The translations under genes were made by a program, and so were the position numbers. From the IMG/VR virus record IMGVR_UViG_3300048032_000927, positions 1 through 64,000 of that record: 64,000 nucleotides of DNA. One strand, given 5' to 3'. Positions 1 to 9,626 of the stretch are shown here, piece by piece; within the stretch, counting starts at the first letter, position 1; every line of letters begins with the position of its first letter. The DNA comes from a virus. The notes below the pieces were generated by a model. The model had not been told where the DNA came from. It did not search any database and saw nothing but the letters and a program-made list of their open reading frames with translations.

Positions 1-56
1 CCCAAACCGAAAAAGACGATGTAATTTTTAACAAGAATCATAAACCAGTAAAAACT

Positions 57-761
57 ATGGAAAAAGAAATTCTACAACAAGTAACAGAAACCCTTGAGGC
101 ACAAGCATCTTCCAAGAAATTGTCCGAAGAAGCTATCGCTAATATCACTAAGGTTTTCCATGATGCTATCGTTCAGAAAAATGATCAATGGCAAAAAGAT
201 AAGGAAAACTTGCTCAAGGAAAAAGAAGAGCTCATTGAAGCTTCTAAAGAATCAGCTAAAGAGCTTGAGTCACTAAAAGAAGAATTGGCAAACGTCAATC
301 AGCAAGTTAGTGAATTAAAGTCTGACATCTGTGCCCGCGAAGAAGCCGACAAATTCACTGAAAGAATGAGTGAGCTTGACGACATTTTTGAACTAGAAGA
401 CGAAGATCGCATGATCTTAGCTTCAGAACTCAAAGGTCTTTCTTCGGAAGAATCTTATGCTGAATACAAAGAAAAGCTCGCAGTTGTATGGAAACATAAA
501 ACTAAAGCTTTCAAAGAAGAGCAAGAAAAGATCATCGCCGAAAAGATTGAGGCTGAAGTACAAAAACGTCTTTCCGATCTTTCTGAAAAAGAAGAATCAT
601 CCGAAGCTAGCGAAGAAGAAGCTGAAGAAGTTATTGAAAGCGTGGAAGCTGAAGAAGCTGACGTAGCCAATAACGATGCCGCCGCTGCTCAAGAAGAACT
701 TTCTTTAAGGGATAAATTTAAACAAGCTTTTACAAAAGAAAGCGTAAACATAAAATACTAA
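57..761 (+). CDS. Putative capsid scaffolding (prohead core) protein
   Basis: 234-aa, very acidic, E/K-rich coiled-coil protein directly upstream of the decoration and capsid genes. Call rests on position and composition only. Confidence 0.6.
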   Translation: MEKEILQQVTETLEAQASSKKLSEEAIANITKVFHDAIVQKNDQWQKDKENLLKEKEELIEASKESAKELESLKEELANVNQQVSELKSDICAREEADKFTERMSELDDIFELEDEDRMILASELKGLSSEESYAEYKEKLAVVWKHKTKAFKEEQEKIIAEKIEAEVQKRLSDLSEKEESSEASEEEAEEVIESVEAEEADVANNDAAAAQEELSLRDKFKQAFTKESVNIKY

Positions 762-776
762 TAAGAGGATACTAAA

Positions 777-1430
777 ATGGCTAATAGACTACTACCATTC
801 AGACAATATAACGAACACGACGTTGTCAATCTGTTTTCGCTTGACACTTCAAGTTACACATTCACTAACATGACTCACGCTGGCAACGGCGGATGGGATG
901 CGGGTGTTATCGTAAAAGTAAGCAACGGAGATGCGACACAAGCTCCTGTTGAAGTAACTGGCGCTGCCAACTCACTTCAGAGCTATCTCGGTAAAACCGA
1001 TTACCCCCATGTTGGAGGTAATTTCTACCCAGAAGTTCCTTTGAAAGTTGATGTTGCAGACGGCTCAGACATTCCTTTGGGAATTTCTCTTCGTCAAACT
1101 ATCGCTTTTGATGAAAACGGCGAAAAACTTCTTTACTACAAACAAAAACTTCTTGAACTTCAAGGCGTACTTCCTGGTGAAGCAGTACCTGTTTTAACTA
1201 AAGGTATCATTACTGTGGGTGCTAGCGCTGTAGCCGGAACACCAACTCCAGGAGGAAAAGTTTATGTTGGAGCTGGCCCTAATGCTGGAAAATTTACAAC
1301 TAATAGCTCAAATTCTCAAGTTGGAACATGCCTTGCAGTTGGAGATCGTAGTGATGTAAAAACTAACGACGATTACTTCGCTGGAGACGGTTCAACCGGA
1401 GCATATTACATCATCAAGATTGACCTTTAA
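777..1430 (+). CDS. Putative capsid decoration/cement protein
   Basis: 217 aa, Gly-rich and beta-like (GEAVPVLTKGIITV, PTPGGKVYVG, QVGTCLA). SD AAGAGGA upstream; sits immediately before the capsid gene. Confidence 0.6.
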   Translation: MANRLLPFRQYNEHDVVNLFSLDTSSYTFTNMTHAGNGGWDAGVIVKVSNGDATQAPVEVTGAANSLQSYLGKTDYPHVGGNFYPEVPLKVDVADGSDIPLGISLRQTIAFDENGEKLLYYKQKLLELQGVLPGEAVPVLTKGIITVGASAVAGTPTPGGKVYVGAGPNAGKFTTNSSNSQVGTCLAVGDRSDVKTNDDYFAGDGSTGAYYIIKIDL

Positions 1431-1458
1431 TTTTAATAAAAGAGAGGACATTAATAAC

Positions 1459-2526
1459 ATGAATATTACACTTAAAAGAACAGAAGAACAAGTCGAGCTC
1501 GTTAAGGCTATGGCCTCTCGCAATCGCGATGTTGCCTACGAAGCACAACAAGCATTGGCTGAATTTATCGGACCAGTTTTGGCTGAAGTAGTCAATCAAG
1601 CTCCTACGTTGAGCAACTTGTTCACTAACTTCTCATTCAACGACATGGACAGTCCTAGTATCCCTTTGGATCTTTACTACGACGTTACTGCTCCAGATTA
1701 CGTAAAGGTTTATAGCACATCAGTTCCTGGTGGTCTTCCAACCAATACTGTAACTCCTACCGCTTCCGAAATGAAATTCACCACTTATCGTCTCGATAGT
1801 GCTGTTGACTTCGATAAGCGTTATGCAGCAAAATCCCGTCTTGATGTTGTTGGTAAATCCTTCACTCGTATCGCTCAAGAGATTCTTCTTCGTCAAGAAG
1901 CTACTTCTGCGAATTTGATCATGGGTGCATTATCATCTGCTGAAACAAACGGAGCCGGTCATACAATCTCCGCCAACGGTAGTGATTTAATCCTTGACGA
2001 TTTTAATAAGCTTTTAACTAAGGCTAAAAGAATCAATACCGCATGGACCGGTGGAACTCCAGAAGGTCGCATTAAAGGTGTTACTGATCTTATCATGAGC
2101 CCTGAGGCTGTTCAAGGTCTTCGCGCAATGGCTTACAATCCCATCAATACGAAGCAAGCTACCTCTGGAACAACTTCGATTCCTGCTACCGACGAATTGC
2201 GTAACGCAATTTATCAAAACGCTGGTATTCCTGAGTTCTACGGAATTTCCATCATGGAAATCAATGAGCTTGGCGCAAACCAAAAGTTCACAAATGTTTG
2301 GAATGGTATTGCTGGTAACAGCGACACCGATTTAGTTATCGGTCTTGATCGCTCTCGTGAATCCTTGTTCCGTGCAGTTGCTCTTGACTCCGAAACCGGA
2401 GCTGAGTTCTCGCTTCTTGCTGATGATCAATACAGTGTTCGCCAGCAAAAGATTGGGTACTATGGATCACTTGAAGAAGGCCGCATGATCCTTGATGATC
2501 GCGTTCTTACTGGAATTACTTTGTAA
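1459..2526 (+). CDS. Major capsid protein (probable HK97 fold)
   Basis: About 355 aa from ATG 1459 (SD AGAGAGGA; the 1420 TTG start in the ORF track is less likely). Capsid-like elements include DLIMSPE, IPEFYGISI and a C-terminal QQKIGYYGSLEEG. Strongly biased codon use, followed by a terminator. Confidence 0.8.
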   Translation: MNITLKRTEEQVELVKAMASRNRDVAYEAQQALAEFIGPVLAEVVNQAPTLSNLFTNFSFNDMDSPSIPLDLYYDVTAPDYVKVYSTSVPGGLPTNTVTPTASEMKFTTYRLDSAVDFDKRYAAKSRLDVVGKSFTRIAQEILLRQEATSANLIMGALSSAETNGAGHTISANGSDLILDDFNKLLTKAKRINTAWTGGTPEGRIKGVTDLIMSPEAVQGLRAMAYNPINTKQATSGTTSIPATDELRNAIYQNAGIPEFYGISIMEINELGANQKFTNVWNGIAGNSDTDLVIGLDRSRESLFRAVALDSETGAEFSLLADDQYSVRQQKIGYYGSLEEGRMILDDRVLTGITL

Positions 2527-2549
2527 TTCGGGTGCCTTCAACATATTTG

Positions 2550-2581
2550 CAAAAAGTCCACCCATAGCGGTGGACTTTTTG
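2550..2581 (+). terminator. Rho-independent terminator (potentially bidirectional)
   Basis: CAAAAAGTCCACC-catagc-GGTGGACTTTTTG: perfect 13-bp inverted repeat with A and T tracts, just after the capsid stop. Confidence 0.85.
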
Positions 2582-2629
2582 TTTACAAAGGTTATTATAT
2601 AATTGAACAATTAGGAAAAAGGAAATATT

Positions 2630-3010
2630 ATGGCTAGAAAAAAAACTACAAAAAAATCAAAACCCATGGAGTACAGTGATGGCAAAGATCATTTGCAGGA
2701 AGCTGTAAAAGAAGCTCAAAGCTTAGAAGATATTCTAGGTATCAAGGAAAAAAATCCATTTGGCACAAGTGAAGCATCCAAATTCGAGCAATCAATAGAA
2801 ACAATGCAACTGACTGAATTGCAAGAGCTTGCAGTGAACGCAGGGGTATTCCCTTCAGGCACTAAGCTTACTTTAAAGAATAAACTTAAAAAAGCCTTTC
2901 AACAGTACAATCATGGTGGATCCTCTAAAATAGTTCAGGTAACAAGGCCAATTGTTGATCCTGAGTCTGAGCAAGGTAAAGCTTTGCTCAAAGTAATAAG
3001 GGAACAATAA
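2630..3010 (+). CDS. Hypothetical protein with SAP/HeH (Rho-N-like) motif
   Basis: MQLTELQELAVNAGVFPSGTKLTLKNKLKKA resembles the SAP/HeH consensus (LxxxELkxxLxxxGLxxsGtKxxLixRL). Confidence 0.5.
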   Translation: MARKKTTKKSKPMEYSDGKDHLQEAVKEAQSLEDILGIKEKNPFGTSEASKFEQSIETMQLTELQELAVNAGVFPSGTKLTLKNKLKKAFQQYNHGGSSKIVQVTRPIVDPESEQGKALLKVIREQ

Positions 3011-3778
3011 ATGAGCGTGAATCAAATTGGTCAACTTGCAAGCGGATTGCTTGAATACGAATTTGATTATATAACAGGATCAAGTAATCGATCCTCTGAG
3101 CTAACAACCATATCTGGCTCTCTGAGCGGAAAACTCGGAGAGCTTAACGTGGTTCTCAACCAATCTTTCACGTTTACAGGTGACGATGGCAATCCCTATC
3201 CTAGATTGGGCCAGGAAGAAGGAGATATCCTTCAATTGCTCTACATGAGGGATTATAACTCAAAACAAGCGCAAAAGCTTTTAAGGGGTATCTACGACGC
3301 TAATGTGGACGATTCTATAGTTAATGCTAATGGAGACTGGATAGAATTATCTGAAGGAGACACAACGATACGCAGAAGCCCTACAGCCCTCGCGAACTCT
3401 CCGTCAGCAAGAATGTCTGCAAGTAAAGAGTTTAAAGAAATGGCGAAAGAAGCTGATGCTCAAATTAAAGATTTAGTTTATCGATATAATATGTACGGAG
3501 CTGAACCAGTTCAGGTCGCGGGCAATGATGCGCCAGATTTAGAATTTACAAAAGATTGTGTTTATATGATCAGCTTATATGGAGAGAACGGATCTCAAAG
3601 CGTTGTATCTCCAGAACCTCCTTACAAAGAAGGGCAGCATATAACAATAACTGGAACTCCTTTTTCTGGGTATACTTTTAGCGGATGGGAACCTTTGTCT
3701 CCGACTAGTTTAAATATCAGCAATAATAGTTTTACTATGCCTGCTGAGAATGTATCGATATCTGGAATATACATTTAA
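3011..3778 (+). CDS. Putative head-tail adaptor with C-terminal InlB-B/Listeria-Bacteroides-type repeat
   Basis: Position after the capsid gene. The C-terminus PYKEGQHITITGTPFSGYTFSGW...FTMPAENVSISG matches the InlB B-repeat pattern. Confidence 0.5.
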   Translation: MSVNQIGQLASGLLEYEFDYITGSSNRSSELTTISGSLSGKLGELNVVLNQSFTFTGDDGNPYPRLGQEEGDILQLLYMRDYNSKQAQKLLRGIYDANVDDSIVNANGDWIELSEGDTTIRRSPTALANSPSARMSASKEFKEMAKEADAQIKDLVYRYNMYGAEPVQVAGNDAPDLEFTKDCVYMISLYGENGSQSVVSPEPPYKEGQHITITGTPFSGYTFSGWEPLSPTSLNISNNSFTMPAENVSISGIYI

Positions 3779-4758
3779 GGTCCTTGTAGATCAATAAGAT
3801 CTTTCATTGACAAGCTTCCACCTTTTTCTTTGGCAGCTTCGTGCAAACTTTTTCCTCCAGAGGACGCAACCCCTAGATCTTCTAAATCTTCTTTCGTTGC
3901 TCCCATAATACTGGAACCACCTGTTGTGTTCTCGGCTAATCTTTGTTTGGCCTCATCTCGCTTCTCAGAGGAGTTTGCATAGTCTAATAATGCATCAGGG
4001 TCTTGCTTTGTTTTATCTGGAATATCTGAATGTTGTTCAAAGATATTTTTGAATATTCTAGTGTATAGTATCAAGCTTAATTGAAAATTTGTTAATGCTA
4101 GTATTGGTTTGCCAAAAAAGTCTCTTGAGCTTTCAGAAAATGAATAATATATTTTGTAGAAGTCTTGAATCACAAGATGTTTGATGCTGGATTCTTTAAA
4201 TCTATCATGAAATTCGTTGTAGATTTTAACGAGTTTTGATACTTCTTTTGTGGTTACGTATTCAAATTCTTCTTGAGTATAAAGAGGGATTTTTAATTCA
4301 GGGTCTTTGAAAAAGCTATTAAACATATAGAAATCATTTGCTCGATTAAGTGCGTATGTTTCACAGCAATTCGATGAAAGATTGCGTTTTTTACTTTTTA
4401 GATCATCGAGTTTTTCTTCTGCCTCTTTGATTTGTTTATTCATTTGCTCTATTGCGCTCTTTAAATAAACATTCTTTTTGTTTTTATTTAAGCTTTCTAC
4501 ATAAAATTCTTGCTGCTCAATTTCTGCATCATCTTGCTTGCTCCACATACCTTCTTTCTCAAGGTTTTCAAAGATTTCTGCTTCAGTGGGCAACCCTTTA
4601 CTTTGGGCTTTTTCGTAGTAAACCTGATAGACGTCGTCAAAATCAACGATATCATTAATAGATTGATGCTTTATGTAATGTTTTTTCTCGCCAAGAAAGT
4701 AAGGAGAAAAGCCTTGGACAATCTCTTTAAGGACTTTTCTATAACCCTTGTCGTCCAC
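3775..4758 (-). CDS. Hypothetical protein, candidate tail assembly chaperone (gpT-like part)
   Basis: 327-aa ORF with a GTG start and no SD, in frame with the upstream 254-aa ORF. Helical and acidic, with IPDKTKQDPDALLDY near the C-terminus. Confidence 0.45.
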   Translation of the reverse strand: MDDKGYRKVLKEIVQGFSPYFLGEKKHYIKHQSINDIVDFDDVYQVYYEKAQSKGLPTEAEIFENLEKEGMWSKQDDAEIEQQEFYVESLNKNKKNVYLKSAIEQMNKQIKEAEEKLDDLKSKKRNLSSNCCETYALNRANDFYMFNSFFKDPELKIPLYTQEEFEYVTTKEVSKLVKIYNEFHDRFKESSIKHLVIQDFYKIYYSFSESSRDFFGKPILALTNFQLSLILYTRIFKNIFEQHSDIPDKTKQDPDALLDYANSSEKRDEAKQRLAENTTGGSSIMGATKEDLEDLGVASSGGKSLHEAAKEKGGSLSMKDLIDLQGP

Positions 4759-4761
4759 ACA

Positions 4762-5526
4762 CTACAAGGTGCCGGAATCTATATCTTTTTCGAGGTCTTG
4801 AAAATCTTGCTCTGAAGCATTTTGGCTGAAATACCAAAAACTAATGAAAGTCATTAATTTTTCCTTGGCAAGATCATAAACTTCATCATCAGACTCGTCT
4901 AATTGATAGTATGCATCTTCCTTTTCTTCTGCAGTTTCTCCAGAGAACAAAGGCTGCTCATCGTCTTCTCCAGATTTAATATAGGAAAGATTCAACATAT
5001 ACCAAAGGATTGTTTTATTTTGAGCCTTTGTGTCGGCGGTATGATTAAATACGCTTTGATAGCTAGTTTCAAGATCAACAATTTCTTTACGAATTGCTGC
5101 AAAATTATCAGTAAGTTTCTCTTCTCTTGCTTTCTCTTCATCTGACTTATTTTTCTTGGAAGTTAAGCGGGCAAGATTATTCTGAACTTCTGCGAGTTCT
5201 CTGTACAGTCTTACTAGGCTCTGAGAATCTTCTTCAGAAAGAAGTCCGCCGCTATCACTATATTTTTTAGCGAGCATAGCTTTGGTCAAAATTCCACGCT
5301 TTATGCATTTACTCATTTCAACACTGAACTCCATGTCAGCATCTTCAACTTGGCGCCTTGATGGTTCGTGAATGATAATTTCGTGAGGGATTTCTTTCTT
5401 GACTTTTTTAGTGGTAGTAATTTTTTCTACTTCACCTGTTTCCTCGTTCTTTTTTTCAACAGTAGAGTCTTCGTCTACTTCACGTTCAGTTTTAACTGTA
5501 AACTTGTAAATAATTTTTTTATTCAT
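4762..5526 (-). CDS. Hypothetical protein, candidate tail assembly chaperone (gpG-like part)
   Basis: 254-aa acidic ORF with a clear AAGG-rich leader identical to the tape measure leader. No other chaperone candidate lies between the tube and tape measure genes. Confidence 0.45.
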   Translation of the reverse strand: MNKKIIYKFTVKTEREVDEDSTVEKKNEETGEVEKITTTKKVKKEIPHEIIIHEPSRRQVEDADMEFSVEMSKCIKRGILTKAMLAKKYSDSGGLLSEEDSQSLVRLYRELAEVQNNLARLTSKKNKSDEEKAREEKLTDNFAAIRKEIVDLETSYQSVFNHTADTKAQNKTILWYMLNLSYIKSGEDDEQPLFSGETAEEKEDAYYQLDESDDEVYDLAKEKLMTFISFWYFSQNASEQDFQDLEKDIDSGTL

Positions 5527-5562
5527 GTATTTTTACCTTATACCTTTGTTGTTATAATAACC

Positions 5563-5847
5563 TTAAAACTTAAAACTTATAGTAAAATTTTCAAAACTAC
5601 TTTCTGCATCTCTAATGCTTTCATTCCCCATATCTAGTATTTTTTTACGTAGATATTGTAGTTTGTATTGATCGAAATAGTCAGCCTGCTCGATAAGGGC
5701 TTCGTATTCTGAGGGCAAAGCATCTTTGAGTTTCTTGAAATTAATCAAGTGATCTTTATGGAGATCTTCTATTAGAATCAAAAAAGATTTAAATAGAACT
5801 TTAGTATTTTTACTGTATAGATTGCTAACTAATTCTTTGTCGTTCAC
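5563..5847 (-). CDS. Hypothetical protein
   Basis: 94-aa ORF with GTG start, 6 nt downstream of a sigma70-like -10 box. Confidence 0.6.
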   Translation of the reverse strand: MNDKELVSNLYSKNTKVLFKSFLILIEDLHKDHLINFKKLKDALPSEYEALIEQADYFDQYKLQYLRKKILDMGNESIRDAESSFENFTISFKF

Positions 5848-5853
5848 TGTTTT

Positions 5854-5882
5854 ATATTAAATTCAAGTGTATTGTTTTTCAA
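5854..5882 (-). promoter_or_regulatory. Sigma70-type promoter for the minus-strand cassette
   Basis: Minus strand reads TTGAAA-N17-TAATAT-N6-GTG(5847). Confidence 0.5.
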
Positions 5883-5899
5883 TCATTTAGCTCCACAAG

Positions 5900-5913
5900 G
5901 TGTATAACATATT
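5900..5913 (+). promoter_or_regulatory. Candidate phage-specific (late) promoter, GTGTA motif
   Basis: GTGTA-N9-ATG(5914) with no SD. The same spacing recurs at 9613 and 61101. Confidence 0.55.
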
Positions 5914-6363
5914 ATGTCGTCTTATTTAAACTCTCAGCAAAAAGCCGCATACGAAGCTGTAATGCAGAATATGCACGATACATTCGCCCGAACAATTTAC
6001 GCATACAAAGATTCAAAGAAAGTTATCGTAAGTACAGATCCCAATTTTAATTTCTTGTATAATAATTCAAAGGGCGTAAGCACTACTTTGCGGCAAACAC
6101 AATTTAAATCATTATCTGCAAGGGTTTTATATATGGACAAGCAGAACGAGATAACTTTTGATTCACAAGTAAACAGCCAAATCAAAGTAAGTCACGATAT
6201 TGGCGAAGTAAGAATAAAGTTGGATACCGAGGGTTATGAATATTTCAAAGACGCAAAAAGAGTAGAAATTGATGGCCGCCTTATGTTCAAAGTAACCGAT
6301 GTTAAGAAACACGGATTGTTTCGCCCGAAGTTCTTTACATACTATCTCCAGCCCACGGACTAA
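5914..6363 (+). CDS. Putative head-closure/neck protein
   Basis: 149 aa with beta-rich C-terminus (KRVEIDGRLMFKV...YYLQP). Syntenic position before the tail genes. Confidence 0.5.
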   Translation: MSSYLNSQQKAAYEAVMQNMHDTFARTIYAYKDSKKVIVSTDPNFNFLYNNSKGVSTTLRQTQFKSLSARVLYMDKQNEITFDSQVNSQIKVSHDIGEVRIKLDTEGYEYFKDAKRVEIDGRLMFKVTDVKKHGLFRPKFFTYYLQPTD

Positions 6364-6364
6364 T

Positions 6365-7003
6365 ATGCCCATCAGATATACAGTCAACGCCAAAGGTTTA
6401 CAGCAAGATTTAATTAAATCATTGTCATTAAAAAATAGCTCTACAGCAATAAAAAATAGTTTAAAATTAAATACTGGAGAATTATTGTCAAAAAAAATTG
6501 AAAGATTAAAAGATGAAATGATTAAAGATTTTTTAAATTTACCTGTAACTAGAGAAATACTAGCAGGACCGACCAGCTCAAATATTAGCGGTACTTTGGG
6601 TGGTTATGGAAACTTGTTTTCGTTTATAGGTTTTCAAAAGGGTGCAAATCCAATAGACCCAATCATCAATCTGCTGAATCAGACAACTTACGATATATCA
6701 AGAGTGTCTCCTCGTGGGCAAATTAAATTAACAATTGTTATGCCTTCGAGTAATGATATTTTTAACGTCACGCCTGTACCCTGGGCCCCTGGATTAAGTT
6801 GGGCACAAAGAATAGAGACAGGAATGTCGGGACTTGGAAACTATTTAAATAAGTCTTCATCCTCAAGTAGATCTGGATCAGGTGTACAATCAGGAAATAA
6901 AGCAAGATCAGGAAAATTCTTAAATACAAAATATATTAGTCATTTTTTAAAAAAGTGGCAAAGGGTATTCCTGAAAATAGAAAAGAAAATTAGTTTAGCA
7001 TAA
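6365..7003 (+). CDS. Putative neck/tail-completion protein
   Basis: Basic protein of about 212 aa from ATG 6365, just after the upstream stop. Located in the neck cluster. Confidence 0.45.
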   Translation: MPIRYTVNAKGLQQDLIKSLSLKNSSTAIKNSLKLNTGELLSKKIERLKDEMIKDFLNLPVTREILAGPTSSNISGTLGGYGNLFSFIGFQKGANPIDPIINLLNQTTYDISRVSPRGQIKLTIVMPSSNDIFNVTPVPWAPGLSWAQRIETGMSGLGNYLNKSSSSSRSGSGVQSGNKARSGKFLNTKYISHFLKKWQRVFLKIEKKISLA

Positions 7004-7911
7004 TGAAGCCGCAATTCCAGCACGAAGCAAATACAAGTTTTGCACTATGGTTTGATTATCATTTAATCAATAACGAAGAAGCCTTTTCTAACAAAAACGG
7101 AAACTTTTATTATTTACCAGACGAAAGATTGCCAAATTATCCAGATGATCCTAATGGTTTTGTGTCGTACAATAGCGAGTACAAGCAGTGGGTTTATGAT
7201 TCTGATGTTAATGGCGCGAGTATTCCAAGTGGAGTATACATAGATACCGGAGACGGAAACTATAATTTTTGCCCCAGAGGGCAGAGTGGACTGAGCCTTG
7301 ATTTTGAAAACGGAAGGGTTCTGTTGAGCGGCGCCTACTTTCCAACAAATTATAACACTTTAAATATTCGGGGCGATTTTGCGGTAAAAGATATAAATGT
7401 ATATCTAGCAGACGACACCGAGGAAAATTTAGTTATTCAAAATAAGTATAATGTAAACAGCAGAACTACCCCAGAATATGGACAAGGAGTAGGATTACCT
7501 CCCTACCAGCAAGTTGCTCCTGCCGCTTTTATATCGATGGAAACATCACAAAATCAGCCATTTGCTCTTGGTGGAGAAGACTTAACAACATTAAATTATA
7601 GAATAGTGTTTTTTGCTGAAGACTTATATCAACTAGATGGATTAATGTCTATATGCACGGATGCTTACAACATAGGAATTAAAAATATTGGATACGATCA
7701 TCATCCATTAAATGAATATGGAGACCTTAAGACGGGGCGTTTTAGTTATAAAGATACCGTAAGAAATACGCAAGTCTTGCAGCCCTTGCTTTTTATAGAA
7801 GAAGCTAGAGGATCAAAAATAAGCGATAGATTGAGCAACGGAACAAACCCAGATTTATATCTAGGATTCGTAGATTTCCAGGTCAGTCAATCAAGATTTC
7901 CACGAGCTTAA
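7003..7911 (+). CDS. Putative tail terminator/completion protein
   Basis: 302 aa immediately before the major tail gene. Contains PAAFISME...PFALGG...YRIVFFAE, a tail-terminator-like pattern. Confidence 0.5.
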   Translation: MKPQFQHEANTSFALWFDYHLINNEEAFSNKNGNFYYLPDERLPNYPDDPNGFVSYNSEYKQWVYDSDVNGASIPSGVYIDTGDGNYNFCPRGQSGLSLDFENGRVLLSGAYFPTNYNTLNIRGDFAVKDINVYLADDTEENLVIQNKYNVNSRTTPEYGQGVGLPPYQQVAPAAFISMETSQNQPFALGGEDLTTLNYRIVFFAEDLYQLDGLMSICTDAYNIGIKNIGYDHHPLNEYGDLKTGRFSYKDTVRNTQVLQPLLFIEEARGSKISDRLSNGTNPDLYLGFVDFQVSQSRFPRA

Positions 7912-7987
7912 AAAAAATATTTCCCAATCATAAAAACATAATGTAATTTTATACAAACAATTATTTTCACAAATAGGAGAAAAAATT

Positions 7988-9565
7988 ATGCCTGTACATA
8001 GAAATAGAATCATTTATCAATCAGAAGCTCTTTTCGTGAGCCCTGACTCAACTGGAGCGCACTTCACTGGCGCCAAACTTAGCGCAGATAATCTGGCGGC
8101 TCATGGTACAATCGGAACGGAAGTATTAAGTAATATTGGACCTGGGCCATTTGGTTTAGTAACGCCGCCATTAGGTAGTGGCCAGGCTTTTGGTACTAAC
8201 GCTGGTCAAACCGCTCCCGCTAAAAATCAAAAAGGAAACATTTTAGGATGGCAGGCATCTGACACACTAGCTAACTGGCCAGACTGGAATCCAGAAGGAT
8301 CTGACGCAAGTTTTGCTCAAGGTCACGGAAGCATCATCAAGCAGCTAAAGCGTATTCAAACCGCTAACTATGGATTTACCGTCAATAGGCAGGATGTTAA
8401 TCAGTTTGGACACCTCGGGAGACTTGACTCCTTGATTATCGAAGCTCCAACAGTTAATCTTGATTTTAGCTACTACTTGCTCGACGGATACAATGAGCGT
8501 ATGCTTGAGTTTGTAACTAATGGTCAAATCAATTCATTGAGTGGCGCACTTGCTCCAGAACTTTATCAAGCAGGTAACAACTTCTTTATCTTGACCGTTC
8601 CTGAGGCTAGAGACGCAGTTAATGGAGATGTTGCACTAGAAAACGAAAGTCGTGAGAATCAAAAAAGTGTTATCGCTCTTGGAAATGGTTTCATTACTGA
8701 TTACACGGTTGATATTTCTGTAGGAGCAATTCCAACAGCAAGTGTTACTGTCGAAGGCATGAATATTCGCAGTGATTTTGGTACAACCGGAAGCGATAAT
8801 CCTGGCATTGATATCAATGACGGAAGTCTTATTAGTAAAGCTTGGAAAGTTGATGCAGACGGAGTAAGATCTGCTTACGATGGAGGATGCACAGGTCTTT
8901 ATTCCTTGCCTGCCTCTAACAGTGGTTATACTGGTTGTGATGACATTTCTGCGCTTCGTCCAGGAGATGTTGTTGTGAATATGAGTAACAGCGCCATGAT
9001 ATCAAAGCAAACTTCCGGAACCAATGCGTCCACCAATACATTGCAAGGAAGCGCTCATATTCAGTCTGTTTCTATTAACATCCCAATGGCTCGTACTACA
9101 TTACAGCGTTTAGGAAATACTTTTGGATTCTCTAAGGCTGTTGACGTTCCTGTTAATGTATCAATGACCGTTAGTGCTGTACTCGCAGACCTTAAGGAAA
9201 GCAACCTTATCGATTTAATGTGTACATGCGAAGGTGTCGAAGTTGGTGTTGATTTATATCAACCAGAATGTGGAGCATGTGAACTAAAGCAAGGTGACCC
9301 AGCTATGAGATATACCTTGAAAGGCGCACGTCTTGAATCTGAAAACTTCACAAGCACTATTGGCGACAACAAGACAGTAGAAGTTACATTTACCGCTCAA
9401 GTTGGCGGACCAGATGATCCTACAAATGGATTATTCATCTCAGGAGCTGAAGCCTCACAAGCTGATGCGGTTGGAATGCCACCAGCATGGACCGGGCTTC
9501 CAGGAGCAATGGGTAAAGAATTGCCTTCTGATCCAGTTAGCGGCTTCCTTGGGTATCGCGCATAA
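7988..9565 (+). CDS. Major tail tube protein
   Basis: 525 aa, Gly/Ser/Thr-rich, with strong SD (TAGGAG) and biased codon usage like the capsid gene. Tube-like strands (RIQTANYGFTVNRQDVNQFG; YTLKGARLESENFTSTIGDNKTVEVTF), followed by a hairpin. Confidence 0.7.
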   Translation: MPVHRNRIIYQSEALFVSPDSTGAHFTGAKLSADNLAAHGTIGTEVLSNIGPGPFGLVTPPLGSGQAFGTNAGQTAPAKNQKGNILGWQASDTLANWPDWNPEGSDASFAQGHGSIIKQLKRIQTANYGFTVNRQDVNQFGHLGRLDSLIIEAPTVNLDFSYYLLDGYNERMLEFVTNGQINSLSGALAPELYQAGNNFFILTVPEARDAVNGDVALENESRENQKSVIALGNGFITDYTVDISVGAIPTASVTVEGMNIRSDFGTTGSDNPGIDINDGSLISKAWKVDADGVRSAYDGGCTGLYSLPASNSGYTGCDDISALRPGDVVVNMSNSAMISKQTSGTNASTNTLQGSAHIQSVSINIPMARTTLQRLGNTFGFSKAVDVPVNVSMTVSAVLADLKESNLIDLMCTCEGVEVGVDLYQPECGACELKQGDPAMRYTLKGARLESENFTSTIGDNKTVEVTFTAQVGGPDDPTNGLFISGAEASQADAVGMPPAWTGLPGAMGKELPSDPVSGFLGYRA

Positions 9566-9587
9566 TAAATTAGAAATAATTTAATTT

Positions 9588-9619
9588 AATACACCACAGT
9601 CGCAAGGCTGTGGTGTATT
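9588..9619 (+). terminator. Stem-loop (GCAA tetraloop) after the major tail gene, weak terminator or processing site
   Basis: AATACACCACAGTC-GCAA-GGCTGTGGTGTATT: 14-bp stem with one G:U pair and only a short U tract. Confidence 0.65.
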
Positions 9620-9626
9620 TATATAT

